From Nitrospirales bacterium (GTDB taxonomy: Bacteria > Nitrospirota > Nitrospiria > Nitrospirales > UBA8639): a stretch of 64,000 bases of DNA. The DNA lies in contig CBDCWC010000003.1 of NCBI GenBank assembly GCA_965223295.1, forward strand, positions 1,568,001 to 1,632,000, read 5' to 3'. Each line of letters starts with the position of its first letter. Within the stretch, counting starts at the first letter, position 1. A model generated the notes under the pieces. The model saw only the letters and a program-made list of their open reading frames with translations. It had not been told where the DNA came from and searched no databases. This document shows positions 1-9,587 of this stretch, piece by piece. Position numbers and translations under genes: made by a program.

Positions 1-257
1 TCCCGTGTGGAGCCTTGGATAGTCACCATGACGATTTGAACTCCCTGGGGCGTCAAATTCTTATGAGCCAAGGTCATCAGGCCTAATCCAGCACTATCGA
101 CGTGGGAAACACAACTTAAATCCAAAATAATTCTGCGCGGTGACGTCTCTGCAGCTTGGGTGATGGCTTTTGGGAACTCATGGCGGGATTGAAAGTCAAA
201 CTTCCCTGAAAGCTCTAAGACCCATGTCTGTGCATCTACCTGTGTGGCGTTGATCAT
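1..257 (-). CDS. STAS-domain anti-sigma-factor antagonist (3' end outside window)
   Basis: Manual translation from ATG at 257, GGAG upstream: MINATQVDAQTWVLELSGKFDFQSRHEF...IILDLSCVSHVDSAGLGLM; the DLSxVxxxDSAGLG motif is typical of STAS. Not in ORF track. Confidence 0.85.
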   Translation of the reverse strand, partial: MINATQVDAQTWVLELSGKFDFQSRHEFPKAITQAAETSPRRIILDLSCVSHVDSAGLGLMTLAHKNLTPQGVQIVMVTIQGSTR

Positions 258-520
258 TATTCGTTCATCTCCAAATCCCAGCGCTCAGCCATTTGAGCTT
301 TGGTACTGTTTATGGTGAGCAATAACATTCTGAAACGTAATAGGGTGTACCCAGTTACGTACATTCTTGCTCTACAACACCAATTCGCTTGGGTGCTTCA
401 ACTTGCCGTCCCTTAAGAGGCTGGCTCGCTGGGCAAAGGGGTCCTTTTAGAGGACTCGAGGCTAACCGTCAGGTTCGAGAGAGGGTGCTCTTCTAGTCAG
501 CTTCTTTTCACTTAGGAGAA

Positions 521-548
521 TTATCGGCTGGAGGCTAGGGATTCTTGA
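521..548 (-). promoter_or_regulatory. sigma28 (FliA)-like promoter
   Basis: TCAAG-N15-GCCGATAA pointing toward the STAS gene. Confidence 0.65.
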
Positions 549-1299
549 GCGTTTCTGTCGTTTCGCGTAGCACTTGTTCTAAATGTTTACGGAGGCCTGC
601 TAAGTCTTTTGATCGGAACGCACTCTTGGTTTTTTGGAGAATGTGAATCGTATGATATACCGATTCTCGAAGTCGGAAATAATCGGTCATCGATGGAGTA
701 GAATCTTCATGAAGGGATGACAGGCCAGCGTGTTTCTGGGTGTCTAAGGTTCCTGGATGACTGGCTCTGTGCAGTTCCAGTTCTCGAATGTGAGGATCGG
801 CAAGCTTGGACTTGCTGGAATCAGCATTGAGCGTCACAAGAAAGGTTCCAAGAGTTTCTTCCAGATGAGCCAAGTTTTGTCTTCGTTGCTCTGCTTCCCG
901 CCGAAACTGGCTCAGGGAGTTGAGCACATTGCGATAGTGTAGGCCACGCTTCACGGCATCAAGCAATTCTGGAAAATGGATGGGTTTGATCATATATTCA
1001 AGGACATTTAGGTGCACCGATTCCACGGCGGTGGGCACGGATGGATAGCCTGTGATCACGATAACGGGCATGATCTTGGCTTGTTCTCTTAAGTCCTGGA
1101 CTTTCTTCATGACGTGGTTGCCGGGCATATTCAGGTCGGTGATCAGAAGATCAAACTCTGAACCCGTCAAGGCTTGTGAAAGTTCATGGGAATCATGGAC
1201 GCCATGACAGTCGTAGCCTTCTTCTTCTAAGAGTTCTTTCGTGGCTTCTAAGAACGTGTCTTCATCGTCTGCGATCAAAATCGATCCTTGTGCCGTCAT
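535..1299 (-). CDS. Response regulator (N-terminal REC, uncharacterised C-terminal helical region)
   Basis: ILIADDE...DLLITDLNMP...ITGYP...YMIKP; ATGA overlap with the upstream kinase. Confidence 0.85.
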   Translation of the reverse strand: MTAQGSILIADDEDTFLEATKELLEEEGYDCHGVHDSHELSQALTGSEFDLLITDLNMPGNHVMKKVQDLREQAKIMPVIVITGYPSVPTAVESVHLNVLEYMIKPIHFPELLDAVKRGLHYRNVLNSLSQFRREAEQRRQNLAHLEETLGTFLVTLNADSSKSKLADPHIRELELHRASHPGTLDTQKHAGLSSLHEDSTPSMTDYFRLRESVYHTIHILQKTKSAFRSKDLAGLRKHLEQVLRETTETLKNP

Positions 1300-4200
1300 G
1301 TCGGTTGTCCTCCATTTTGCCTTGCGCAGGGTAGGGTGATGGTGAACTGTGACCCTTGTCCAATTCCGGTGGAAAAGTCCAGTGTTCCCCCCATGGCTTC
1401 GATCAGGCTATGGCTAATGGACAAACCTAAGCCCATACCGCCATCTGTTTTCCCCTGCTTGGTCGAAAAGAACGGTTCAAAGATACGTGATGCGACGTCA
1501 GGTGAAATGCCATGCCCATGATCAATGACATGGATTTTGACCCTATCACATTCTGTGTTGGCGGTCACCTCAACCGTATCATAGGGTTGTGATGTGTCGA
1601 TGGCATTTTGGATCAAGTTGCAGAGTACCTGAATCATTTCATTTCTGGGAACTACGGACAACAGAGAAACCGGAAGTTCGGCGACCGCAAGCTCTACTCG
1701 GTGCTGTGAGGAGGGGCCCTGCATGATTTCCACGGCATCGTGAATTGGTATTCGAACATCGAGTTGCGACGGTGTCGGACTACTTGGACGGTACAGTTGA
1801 TAGAGGTGCGAGGTAATCTGTGAAATGCGTTCGATGCAATCTTCCGCTTTGGCCATATATCGAAAATGCGGGTGTTGTTGAGGAAGCGCTCGCTTGAGGA
1901 GAACCAACGATTGCGAAATGCTAGCGAGTGGATTATTGATTTCATGTGCCACTCCAGCAGCTATTTGTGCCAATGCCGCTAATTTTTCAACCTGCATGCG
2001 ACGCTGCTCCAATTCTTGAATCCGTAAGGCTCGCCGTTCGACTTTCGCTTCTAATTCTTCGTGCTGTTGGTGAAGGGCGGCTTCCAGGGCTTTTCGCTCT
2101 GTTATGTCCTGCACCACAACGATACAATGTAACGGATCGTTTCCAGCTTGAGTCATCAATGATACGGTGGCGTTAACACAAACTAGTGTTCCATCGGCCC
2201 GTATGTAGCGTTTCTCACGTGAGAAAGTTGACATGTCTCCAGTAATCAGTTTCCTCATATTGTCGAGATCGGTCTCAAGGTCGTCGGGATGGGTGATCTT
2301 CCGGAAAGTCGTTCCTTGCATGTCTTCTTTGGAATACCCGACGATATCGCTATAGCGTTGATTGACCTTGATGAACTGTCCAGTTGTTGAGTCTACCTGC
2401 GCTATACCCACGGCTGCCATTTCAAAGATTGTCCGAAATCTCTCTTCACTCTGCTGCAGGGCCTCCTCCGCCTGTTTGATATTAGAAATATCAATAACGT
2501 TGGCGACCCGATAAAGCACCTCGTCCTGAGGATCTTTAATCGAGAAAACTGTGAGTAAAGCAGGAAACGTGCTGCCATCTTTTCGGATATGAAGCGCTTC
2601 AAATGAGTGAAAGCCTTGTTCATGAATGATACGAATATTCTGGGAGAGTTGCTCTCGAGATTCTGGTGCAAAAACCTGGGCAATCGGCTTCCCTTGCAAT
2701 TCCTCCACGGTATATCCGTGCATGCGCGCGTATGCTTCATTCACCATATCCAATGTTTGACTATGCACGTTTCCCACAGCCACTCCCCATTGGGTATGCT
2801 GAAAGACTGTTGCCCATCTCTCTAGTTGTGCTTGAGCCTTGTTCCATTCAGTGACATCTCGCCCGACACAAATAATTCCATAAGGTTCTTCGTTCTCATT
2901 GAACAAACAATCAATGTTCCATGAGATGAATCGCATCTCCTTATCCTTGTTGATAACCTCATATTGAAAGTCGCGAATGGGTTCTCCTTCTAAGACGTTT
3001 TTGATCATAGCCATAATGGACAATCGATTGGATTCTTGGATGAATAATTCGAAATAATTTGTATCCAAAACCTCTTCTCGTGTTCTTCCGTAGAACCGCT
3101 CGGCTTCCCGATTCCATTCCACAATCCAACCTTCCGGCGTCAGCCCAACGATGAGACTGCCAGCTGCCTCAACTAAGGATCGAAAGCGGTATTCACTGGC
3201 TTGTAGTTCGTGTTCGATTTTTTTTCGAGCTGAGATGTCTTGGACCATTTCGCGGCGCTCTATAATGTGTCCAGATTCATCAAAAATGAGGACAACATTC
3301 AGGCTGATCCAAATAACGACTCCGTCTTTTCTGATCATCTCTAACTCTTCATCATGGATTGAGAGACCTGCTTGAGCTTTCTTTTGAAGGGTTGCGGCTT
3401 TTGCATAGCCCTCTTTTGTGGGTGCATATAATTCCAACACTGGTTTCCCGACGAGTTCTTCCCGGGAATATCCGAGCAGTTCACATGCCCGGTGATTGAC
3501 TCTGGTGATATGCCCATCCAATGAAGCAGAAAAGTAGGCTAATGGGGCCGACTCATAGAGATCGCGGAATTCATCTTCACTGCGTTGTAGAGCCGTTTCG
3601 GCATTTTTTCGATCAGTTAAATCCTGAGAAAATACCACAATTTCTTGGATGGGCTCATTGTGTGTTCGTAGGGGGAGATAGGAGACGTTCATATACCGAC
3701 GTCGATCATCTGGAAACGTAATCCATGATTCGTAGTGGACCTCCTCACCTTGAAAACAACGGTCTAATCGAGGTTTCAGTAGTTGAGTAAAAATCTCTTC
3801 TCCGAATAAGTCTGCCACTGACTTGCCCACAATTTCCTGGCTACTTTTCTTATGGGCGGCTTGGTACGCCAAATTAATCCGATGGTATCGATAATCTTGA
3901 CCGAGTATGGAAATGTGGTTCGGGGATTCCATGAAGACTCGATCAGTTAAGAGAAGGTCTTCTTGTGTGCATTTGAAGGCGGATATATCCTGAGAAATGC
4001 CGACAGGGTTAATGATAATGCCCTCTGGCTGTTCCAGTTGATGCAGGCCCAACAAGGTCGTGATCCAGATGGCGAATAACGCCAATGCCCGGTTGATCAC
4101 GATGCTCAAGAGCTCTCCTCCTGCCGGAGAGAAAACGCTTCCCAAAATCGTTAGTGTGGAACATCCTATTGTGGTCCAAATGAGTATTTGAGTCTGCTGG

Positions 4201-4409
4201 TGTCGAAGGCTGAGGAGGATAACCAGGATATAAGAGACTCCGTAAGCAACATCCCATGGAGACATCAGGTCGAGGATAAAGATGATGCTTGCTGTTAACA
4301 CGAGGAGCCAAATATTCGATGGACACGAATCGTGGTGTAATATTTTTTGGAGAGGATTCAAGGTGTATCCCCATTTAGTTGAGATGTGGAAGTTTTTCTC
4401 ATTCTTCAT
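1296..4409 (-). CDS. Membrane multi-PAS sensor histidine kinase
   Basis: N-terminal TM helices, about five PAS/PAC repeats, H-box AHEINNPL, NLIQNA, DHGHGI, FFSTK, GMGLGL. Confidence 0.92.
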   Translation of the reverse strand: MKNEKNFHISTKWGYTLNPLQKILHHDSCPSNIWLLVLTASIIFILDLMSPWDVAYGVSYILVILLSLRHQQTQILIWTTIGCSTLTILGSVFSPAGGELLSIVINRALALFAIWITTLLGLHQLEQPEGIIINPVGISQDISAFKCTQEDLLLTDRVFMESPNHISILGQDYRYHRINLAYQAAHKKSSQEIVGKSVADLFGEEIFTQLLKPRLDRCFQGEEVHYESWITFPDDRRRYMNVSYLPLRTHNEPIQEIVVFSQDLTDRKNAETALQRSEDEFRDLYESAPLAYFSASLDGHITRVNHRACELLGYSREELVGKPVLELYAPTKEGYAKAATLQKKAQAGLSIHDEELEMIRKDGVVIWISLNVVLIFDESGHIIERREMVQDISARKKIEHELQASEYRFRSLVEAAGSLIVGLTPEGWIVEWNREAERFYGRTREEVLDTNYFELFIQESNRLSIMAMIKNVLEGEPIRDFQYEVINKDKEMRFISWNIDCLFNENEEPYGIICVGRDVTEWNKAQAQLERWATVFQHTQWGVAVGNVHSQTLDMVNEAYARMHGYTVEELQGKPIAQVFAPESREQLSQNIRIIHEQGFHSFEALHIRKDGSTFPALLTVFSIKDPQDEVLYRVANVIDISNIKQAEEALQQSEERFRTIFEMAAVGIAQVDSTTGQFIKVNQRYSDIVGYSKEDMQGTTFRKITHPDDLETDLDNMRKLITGDMSTFSREKRYIRADGTLVCVNATVSLMTQAGNDPLHCIVVVQDITERKALEAALHQQHEELEAKVERRALRIQELEQRRMQVEKLAALAQIAAGVAHEINNPLASISQSLVLLKRALPQQHPHFRYMAKAEDCIERISQITSHLYQLYRPSSPTPSQLDVRIPIHDAVEIMQGPSSQHRVELAVAELPVSLLSVVPRNEMIQVLCNLIQNAIDTSQPYDTVEVTANTECDRVKIHVIDHGHGISPDVASRIFEPFFSTKQGKTDGGMGLGLSISHSLIEAMGGTLDFSTGIGQGSQFTITLPCARQNGGQPT

Positions 4410-4533
4410 GAGAAAGACAAAGAGGGGGGAAATATAAAGTGTAGCCGATTATGCAACAACTGACAAAGGGTTCGACTGTAGCTCTGATTGCGAACTCGAT
4501 TGTAAAGAGCAGTCGGGCTGTGTGAGAAAGGGG

Positions 4534-5643
4534 TTAAGCCAAGTAGCTGGATTCGACCAGATTGAACTGCGGAGAGTCAATATCGGCGTGTGTGCGCTGA
4601 ATATCCATGATCACGGGTAGGAATTCATCAAACATCTCAACGAGTCGTGGATCAAAATGTCTTCCCGAAAGCGACCGAATTTCTTCAAGCGTTTTTTCCA
4701 ATGGCCAAGGGTCTTTGTAACACCGCTTTGAAGAGAGTGCATCGAAGACATCGGCTATGGCGCAAATTCGTCCGACAAGCGGGATATCTTCTCCGGCTAA
4801 TCGGTTTGGATATCCAGAGCCATCCCATTTTTCGTGATGCGTCAGAGCGATCATTTCGCCCATTTTGAGAATGGGAGATTTACTGTTGGAAAGAAGTTGT
4901 GCTCCAAGAACCGTATGTTGTTTCATGATTTCCCATTCGTCGGTGTCCAGTTTCCCAGGTTTCAGAAGTATCCGATCAGGAATGCCTAACTTCCCCACGT
5001 CATGCATGGGGGTGGCGTGGAATAAGACGTCGCATTCTTCTTCCGGCATTCCGCAAGCGCGTCCCAGGACGGTGGCGTAATGACTCATGCGGATGATATG
5101 GCTGCCCGTTTCGTTGTCTCGATGTTCGGCTGCTTGAGCTAAGCGATGAACGATTTCCAATTGTGTTTCTTTGAGTTCGAGTGTGCGCTCCCGGACCGTT
5201 TCTTCCAGGTTTTCTTTTTGCAAAGAAATCGTTTTATTCAAAAGGCTGGTTTCCAACAGATTGCGGATGCGCATGATCACTTCGATTTTATCGAATGGTT
5301 TATGTAAAAAGTCCTTTGCGCCAGATTCCAATGCTCGTAATCGTGTTTCCCGATCTTCCTCGGACGTTAAGACCAAAATGGGCAGAAAGGTATCTTGTTG
5401 GATGATTTTTAATTGTGCCATGACCTGAAATCCATTGAGCTGAGGCATGCGGATATCCAGACAGATCAGATCCGGGTGGAGTTCTTTGACTAGGGCAAGA
5501 ACTTGTGTGGGGTCTTGGGTGGAATGAATGTGTGTGTAGCCCGCATTTTGTAAGATGCTCTCCAATAACAAGATATTGGTCATCTGATCGTCCACGATGA
5601 GAATCGTGGCAGTTTGACAATGTTGTTGTGAAATCATAGCCAT
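4534..5643 (-). CDS. REC + HD-GYP cyclic-di-GMP phosphodiesterase (RpfG-like)
   Basis: REC domain, then HDVGK and HHEKWDGSGYP. Confidence 0.93.
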   Translation of the reverse strand: MAMISQQHCQTATILIVDDQMTNILLLESILQNAGYTHIHSTQDPTQVLALVKELHPDLICLDIRMPQLNGFQVMAQLKIIQQDTFLPILVLTSEEDRETRLRALESGAKDFLHKPFDKIEVIMRIRNLLETSLLNKTISLQKENLEETVRERTLELKETQLEIVHRLAQAAEHRDNETGSHIIRMSHYATVLGRACGMPEEECDVLFHATPMHDVGKLGIPDRILLKPGKLDTDEWEIMKQHTVLGAQLLSNSKSPILKMGEMIALTHHEKWDGSGYPNRLAGEDIPLVGRICAIADVFDALSSKRCYKDPWPLEKTLEEIRSLSGRHFDPRLVEMFDEFLPVIMDIQRTHADIDSPQFNLVESSYLA

Positions 5644-5771
5644 GGAGAGGTGTTGATGCTGGATTTATTGATTTGTCGTCTGTTCTTTAGATATTCAATG
5701 AATCCATTGAACCAGTCTATTGCTGAAGAATTCCTTGCTGATGGATATGAATATTTATGTATTCTGTTTCA

Positions 5772-5798
5772 TTTTCGGATGACCTGTCCGAAACTTGA
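5772..5798 (-). promoter_or_regulatory. sigma28-like promoter
   Basis: TCAAG(TTT)-N14-TCCGAAAA upstream of the HD-GYP gene. Confidence 0.6.
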
Positions 5799-5957
5799 CG
5801 GCAGATAGCGAATATTCTTTCTGCACATGATTTACACCAGTTGGTTAAATGCACATACGGTCGGTTACGCGATGTTCTTTGGAGGCGATAGGATTGTGAG
5901 GGGTAACGGCACGGAGAAAAAAAAGGAAGCTACCTGACCCCAAACAGTTCAGGACGG

Positions 5958-8900
5958 TCATGTATGAGGTAAAGAGATTGTCGCTAAAAACGTTTCGATT
6001 GCTGCTACGGCTGTTCGAAGCGATTCCATCGTGTCGGTTCCGTTCACCGTCTTCCCTTGACGGCCAACCTGTTCGAGGTCAAACGCGAACTGCCGAAGCT
6101 GTGTGGCTCCGATATTGGCGCAAATTCCCTTGAGGCCGTGTGCCGCATCTGCAAGAGCGTCTGCATTGTTCGTATCAAGAGCGTCCTCGATGGTATTCAC
6201 ACAAGCATGTACATCTTTGACAAATTGTTGGATCATTTGTGTAGCAAAGGCTGGTCCTCCAAGTTCTACCCATTCGTGAAGTCTGTCAAGACCGATTGGA
6301 GATTCTGGGGCTTCATCGACAGCTTCTTGGTCATGTGTAGCAACGAATGTTGGTGCGTTGATATCTGGTTGCGAAGTCAGAAGTGAGTCAGGTAAGGGTA
6401 AAGAAGGTCCGGTTATTGGGCTTTCCTCATGATCGACCGTGAGCCAACGCTCCAATGCTGCTGCTAATTCTTCCTGACGAATTGGTTTCGTCAGATAATC
6501 ATCCATCCCTGCCGCTAAACACTTTTCTCTGTCTCCCGCCATGGCATTAGCGGTCAATGCGATAATCGGAATTCTGGAAAAGTAGGGAGTCACGAGTGAG
6601 GAGTCATGAGTTTCGGAAATACCTGTTTCATATTTCTCGCTCCTAACCTCTGCCGCCGTATCTTTTTCTTTCAAGCTTTCTTCTTCACGGATCCTTCTTG
6701 TCGCTTCGAATCCGTCCATTTCCGGCATTTGGCAGTCCATAAACACAAGGGAATAGGATCCCGTGAGAATGGCATGGATTGCTTCTTTGCCATTGTTGAC
6801 GACATCCGTGGGATACCCGAAACTCTCTAACAACAACACCATGAGTTGCTGATTTACCGCGTGATCATCAGCAACCAGGATTTTCTTTCGTGACTGGCGT
6901 TGGGCCTCTTTGATGGTGTGACGGGTGATCAAGGGTCTGGTTGTGGTGATATGAGTTGAAGGAGAAAATCCCATCACCGCCGCAAGGCTATTGTGAAGAT
7001 CCACTTTACGAATAGGTTTCGTGAGATAGGCGTCAAAGCCAGCCTTTTCGGCATCAAGAGCTTCCCCGCGTTGGGCGACTGATGTGAGTAACATGAATTT
7101 TGTGTCGGCGAGAGAAGGGTCTTGTTTGCATCGCAAGCCAAAATGTATCCCGTCATGCTCGGGAAAGTTCCGATCAATAATCGCAAGGTCAAAGGGGCGT
7201 TCGTTGTGGGCGGCTTCGCGCAGAGCTGAAAGCCCAATTTCTGGATCGCCGGTGGTAAAGGCTTCCATGCCCCAAGTCTCCGCGTATTTCTTAATAAGGA
7301 AAAGATTTGTGGGGTTGTCATCGATGCAACATAATCGTAGCCCTTGTAGGTCTTTTCGTGGAATCCATTCTTGTTGTGGTTGAGCCAGTGGTGTATTTAA
7401 GCGAAGGGAAAACCAAAACAAGGTCCATTCATGGAGTTGGCTTTCAACACCAATTTCACCACCCATGAGGTCAACGAGTTGCTGACAAATGGCCAAGCCA
7501 AGCCCCGTGCCTCCGAATTTACGGGTGGTGGAACTGTCGGCTTGGCTAAAAGCTTGAAACAATCTGCTTTTCGCGTCGGGGGCAATGCCTATTCCGGTAT
7601 CCCAAATATGGAATCGTAATTCAACATCAGTTTCGCTTTCTTCCGCCAATAACACCTGGACACTCACTTCCCCGTGTTTTGTGAACTTAATGGCATTTCC
7701 CAGTAAATTCAAAAGGATTTGGCGGAGCCGTCCGGGATCTCCTCTCAGAAAGGTTGGGACATCGGGAAAAACGAGTCCGGTCAGCTCAAGATCCTTTTTT
7801 GCCGCCCGTTCGGCTAAGAGATCTAAGCTGGCCTCCACCGTGGCATTTAGATCAAAGTCGATGGATTCCAATTCAAGTTTACCTGCCTCAATTTTTGAAA
7901 AATCCAGAATGTCATTGAGCAGAGTCAGAAGGGCTTCAGCCGATCCCTGCACTGTATTGGCCAAGGACAATTGACTAGGGGTCAGTCCAGTTCCCAACAG
8001 TAAGTCAGTCATTCCTAAAATTCCGTTCATGGGTGTACGGATTTCATGACTCATTGTGGCTAAGAACTCTGCTTTGGCTCGAGCGGCTTGGAGTGCGGCA
8101 TCACGGGAGAGCGCTAATTCTTCATTTTTCATCTTAAGATCGTTGGCCATTTCTTGCACCTGTTTGGCAATACGTTCACGTTTGATGATTTCATCTTGCA
8201 GGCGCACGTTGGCATCGGATAACTCAGCTGTTCTTTCTATGACCATGTCAGATAAGTGAGAACGATGCTGATTCAATTCTCTATTCTGCTCCTCAATTTC
8301 TTTGAGCATGGTGTTGAATCCATCAAATAGGGTTCCTATTTCGTCCGGTGCATGGGCTGGGGCACGTAAGGAATAATCTTTATTTTGTGAAATTCGACCA
8401 GCCACTTCTGTCAAACTCACTAAGGGGCCCATGATGACTTTTTGAAGTCGTGCTGAAATAACGAGTGCCAAAAGACCGGAGACAATCATTGCGGCCACGG
8501 TCACCAGGAGTAAGTCTTTCAAATGTTGTTTAAGGGTGTCGAGGTTTGAATGGAGATAGATGAAGCCAACGTGTTCATGGTTGTGAACAATCGGACGGAA
8601 GATTTTTATCGATTCCCATGTCACCTGAGTCTTGAGTTGTCGTTGGGGCTTGTCAAAATATGGAGGCTCTCCCGGGCGGAATTGGGCCAAGATATCACCA
8701 GAGGCTGTATACAAAATGGCTTGCAGAATGGTTGGTTGATGTTCAAAGGCTTCAAGAATTTCCTTTGCGCCTTTAGAATCGTCGAATACCAACGCTGCAG
8801 AGCTGTTTTCACCAACCAAGCTTGCTTGCTCCGTGAGTTCTTTGACCAGAGAATCTCGAATTTGTAAGACATCATTGATGACTAATGCTGAACAAGCAAA

Positions 8901-8996
8901 TAACAGGCTCAGCACCGAAGTCAGCAATAAAATCAAGAAAAATTTTTTCTTGAGTGAGATACGTTGAAAGATTTGAGAAATGGAAAAGGATGCCAT
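5958..8996 (-). CDS. Hybrid histidine kinase: CHASE8-like periplasmic sensor, HAMP, HisKA/HATPase, 2xREC, Hpt
   Basis: TM...SSAALVFDD...[22 protein letters not shown], two REC domains, AHGLKG Hpt. Confidence 0.92.
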   Translation of the reverse strand: MASFSISQIFQRISLKKKFFLILLLTSVLSLLFACSALVINDVLQIRDSLVKELTEQASLVGENSSAALVFDDSKGAKEILEAFEHQPTILQAILYTASGDILAQFRPGEPPYFDKPQRQLKTQVTWESIKIFRPIVHNHEHVGFIYLHSNLDTLKQHLKDLLLVTVAAMIVSGLLALVISARLQKVIMGPLVSLTEVAGRISQNKDYSLRAPAHAPDEIGTLFDGFNTMLKEIEEQNRELNQHRSHLSDMVIERTAELSDANVRLQDEIIKRERIAKQVQEMANDLKMKNEELALSRDAALQAARAKAEFLATMSHEIRTPMNGILGMTDLLLGTGLTPSQLSLANTVQGSAEALLTLLNDILDFSKIEAGKLELESIDFDLNATVEASLDLLAERAAKKDLELTGLVFPDVPTFLRGDPGRLRQILLNLLGNAIKFTKHGEVSVQVLLAEESETDVELRFHIWDTGIGIAPDAKSRLFQAFSQADSSTTRKFGGTGLGLAICQQLVDLMGGEIGVESQLHEWTLFWFSLRLNTPLAQPQQEWIPRKDLQGLRLCCIDDNPTNLFLIKKYAETWGMEAFTTGDPEIGLSALREAAHNERPFDLAIIDRNFPEHDGIHFGLRCKQDPSLADTKFMLLTSVAQRGEALDAEKAGFDAYLTKPIRKVDLHNSLAAVMGFSPSTHITTTRPLITRHTIKEAQRQSRKKILVADDHAVNQQLMVLLLESFGYPTDVVNNGKEAIHAILTGSYSLVFMDCQMPEMDGFEATRRIREEESLKEKDTAAEVRSEKYETGISETHDSSLVTPYFSRIPIIALTANAMAGDREKCLAAGMDDYLTKPIRQEELAAALERWLTVDHEESPITGPSLPLPDSLLTSQPDINAPTFVATHDQEAVDEAPESPIGLDRLHEWVELGGPAFATQMIQQFVKDVHACVNTIEDALDTNNADALADAAHGLKGICANIGATQLRQFAFDLEQVGRQGKTVNGTDTMESLRTAVAAIETFLATISLPHT

Positions 8997-9002
8997 GAGA
9001 AC

Positions 9003-9551
9003 TTAGGGTGACACGATTTTTGCTAAACGAAGTAACTTTGAACTCATTGCTAATTCGGTTTGTTTGACGGCGTCTGGATTCACCGCAAAGCGGACCTTTT
9101 GATTATCCACGAAAAACTGGACCATCCCTCCCTGCTGAATAAATTCACGAGCTTCACCAATCGTGAGCACATTTCCTTTGTTTTTTTGTCTACTCAGTTC
9201 TTTGAGGGTTGCTGGTCTCGAATTCGTGACATACAGCATGTGACAATACTGAATGTCTTGTTTGGAGGGATTTCGACGTATCTGGAATGGATGACCTGCA
9301 GCCTTTTTGCTTTCTAGATTGTTATCTAGAATTTGACCAAAAGGATCTTTGCCCAGAATGCAAATCCGAAAATGGCCATCTGTTGGCTCGAACGTCGATT
9401 CTGGCCACACCACAAAGTTAGCGAAGTGGTAGAGGAACGCCCCTTTGACTTGATATTCGTCTGGACTCTCAGCCTGGCTGGTGCCCGAGAAGTGGCCTAG
9501 GCTAAGAAGTAGGACTATAATCGAGAGCAATAATCGTGAGGATGGAGACAT
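9003..9551 (-). CDS. YfiR-family (DUF4154) periplasmic protein
   Basis: Signal peptide; EYQVKGAFLYHFANFVVWP...ICILGKDPFG...MSSKLLRLA. Confidence 0.9.
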   Translation of the reverse strand: MSPSSRLLLSIIVLLLSLGHFSGTSQAESPDEYQVKGAFLYHFANFVVWPESTFEPTDGHFRICILGKDPFGQILDNNLESKKAAGHPFQIRRNPSKQDIQYCHMLYVTNSRPATLKELSRQKNKGNVLTIGEAREFIQQGGMVQFFVDNQKVRFAVNPDAVKQTELAMSSKLLRLAKIVSP

Positions 9552-9587
9552 ATTCTAACGCGCTTTACCGACTCAAATGTTGGTTTA

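Noticed and set aside
4510-4537. Weak sigma28-like site TTAAC-N15-CCCGACTG upstream of the multi-PAS kinase
   Set aside because: Both boxes deviate from the consensus and the -35 overlaps a stop codon; not counted.
5694-5711. Inverted repeat TTCAATG-N4-CATTGAA upstream of the HD-GYP gene
   Set aside because: Single occurrence in AT-rich DNA with no second copy noticed; cannot assign a regulator.
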